From Patagioenas fasciata (lineage: Eukaryota), in NCBI RefSeq assembly GCF_037038585.1, contig NC_092556.1, forward strand, positions 514,619-578,618: a stretch of DNA of 64,000 bases, read 5' to 3'. The notes below the pieces were generated by a model. The model saw only the letters and a list, made by a program, of their open reading frames with translations, was not told the DNA's origin and made no database searches. Position 1 is the stretch's first letter; every line of letters begins with the position of its first letter. Below are positions 63,551-64,000 of the stretch, one piece after another. The position numbers and the translations under genes were made by a program.

Positions 63551-64000
63551 CTGTGGGGGGGGATGTGGGGCAGGACCCACACATTGGGATCTATGGGGCT
63601 GGCCCCACACATCTGAGCTGTGGGGCACTGGAGCCATCGAAAGGGGATCTATGGGGTTCTATGGGGTTCTATGGGGTTCTATGGGGCTGGGTGACACATG
63701 GGGGGGTTCTATGGGGCGCTATGGGGCAGAGGGACCCATAGAGTTGGGTTCTATGGGGCAGAGGGACCCATAGATTGGGCCGCTATGGGGCAGAGAGAAC
63801 CATACAATGGGTTTCTATGGGGCGGGGTGACCCATACATTGGGGCTCTATGGGGCGCTATGGGGCAGGGGGACCCCGCCATGGGTCAATATGGGGTGGGA
63901 CCCACAGATGAGGTTTCTATGGGGCAGGGGGATCCATATAAATGGGGGGTCTATGGGGATCTATGGGGCTGGGAGCCATAGATTGGGGTTCTATGGGGCG

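Overview
This window is eukaryotic, not prokaryotic. Its gene content and repeat style point to a vertebrate, most probably an avian GC-rich microchromosome. More than 90% of it is GC-rich tandem minisatellite, made of dozens of families with units from 9 bp to ~200 bp, and many arrays carry G4-forming GGGG runs on one strand. Four protein-coding genes with spliceosomal introns sit inside this satellite. Exons are short islands of unique sequence with canonical AG|exon|GT boundaries, and introns are made almost entirely of tandem repeats.

(1) A complete 12-exon ortholog of spinster homolog 1 (SPNS1, MFS lysosomal transporter) lies on the minus strand at 129..18659. It has a start ATG, stop TGA and AATAAA signal, and the conceptual protein is 510 aa. 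(2) INO80E (INO80 complex subunit E) lies on the plus strand at 20239..26644. It diverges from SPNS1 through a ~1.6 kb CpG-island-type bidirectional promoter. The promoter carries three CLEAR-like TCACGTGA E-boxes, ETS sites and a tandem array of seven CCAAT+GC-box units. (3) MAZ (MYC-associated zinc finger protein) lies on the minus strand from 27987 to at least 39096. It is convergent with INO80E, and their polyA signals are ~480 bp apart. (4) The last five exons of a proline dehydrogenase family gene lie on the minus strand at 47297..63550. Its C-terminus most resembles PRODH2 (hydroxyproline dehydrogenase), and the gene continues beyond the window.

Several observations deserve a second look. 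Satellite arrays have duplicated exon ends together with their intact splice sites. SPNS1 exon 1 contains satellite-derived codons. Introns and a 3'UTR carry tandem arrays of transcription-factor-like motifs: a palindromic E-box satellite, a YY1-like array, PBX-MEIS consensus units and a CCACGCCC array. The terminal exons of INO80E and of the PRODH-like gene each show a reading-frame inconsistency sited in G/C homopolymers. The gene adjacency differs from human: SPNS1, INO80E and MAZ are all on 16p11.2 but not adjacent there, and PRODH2 is on a different chromosome.

I found no prokaryotic defence or mobile system. The many long ORFs in the six-frame track are stop-codon-poor read-throughs of GC-rich repeats and are not reported as genes.
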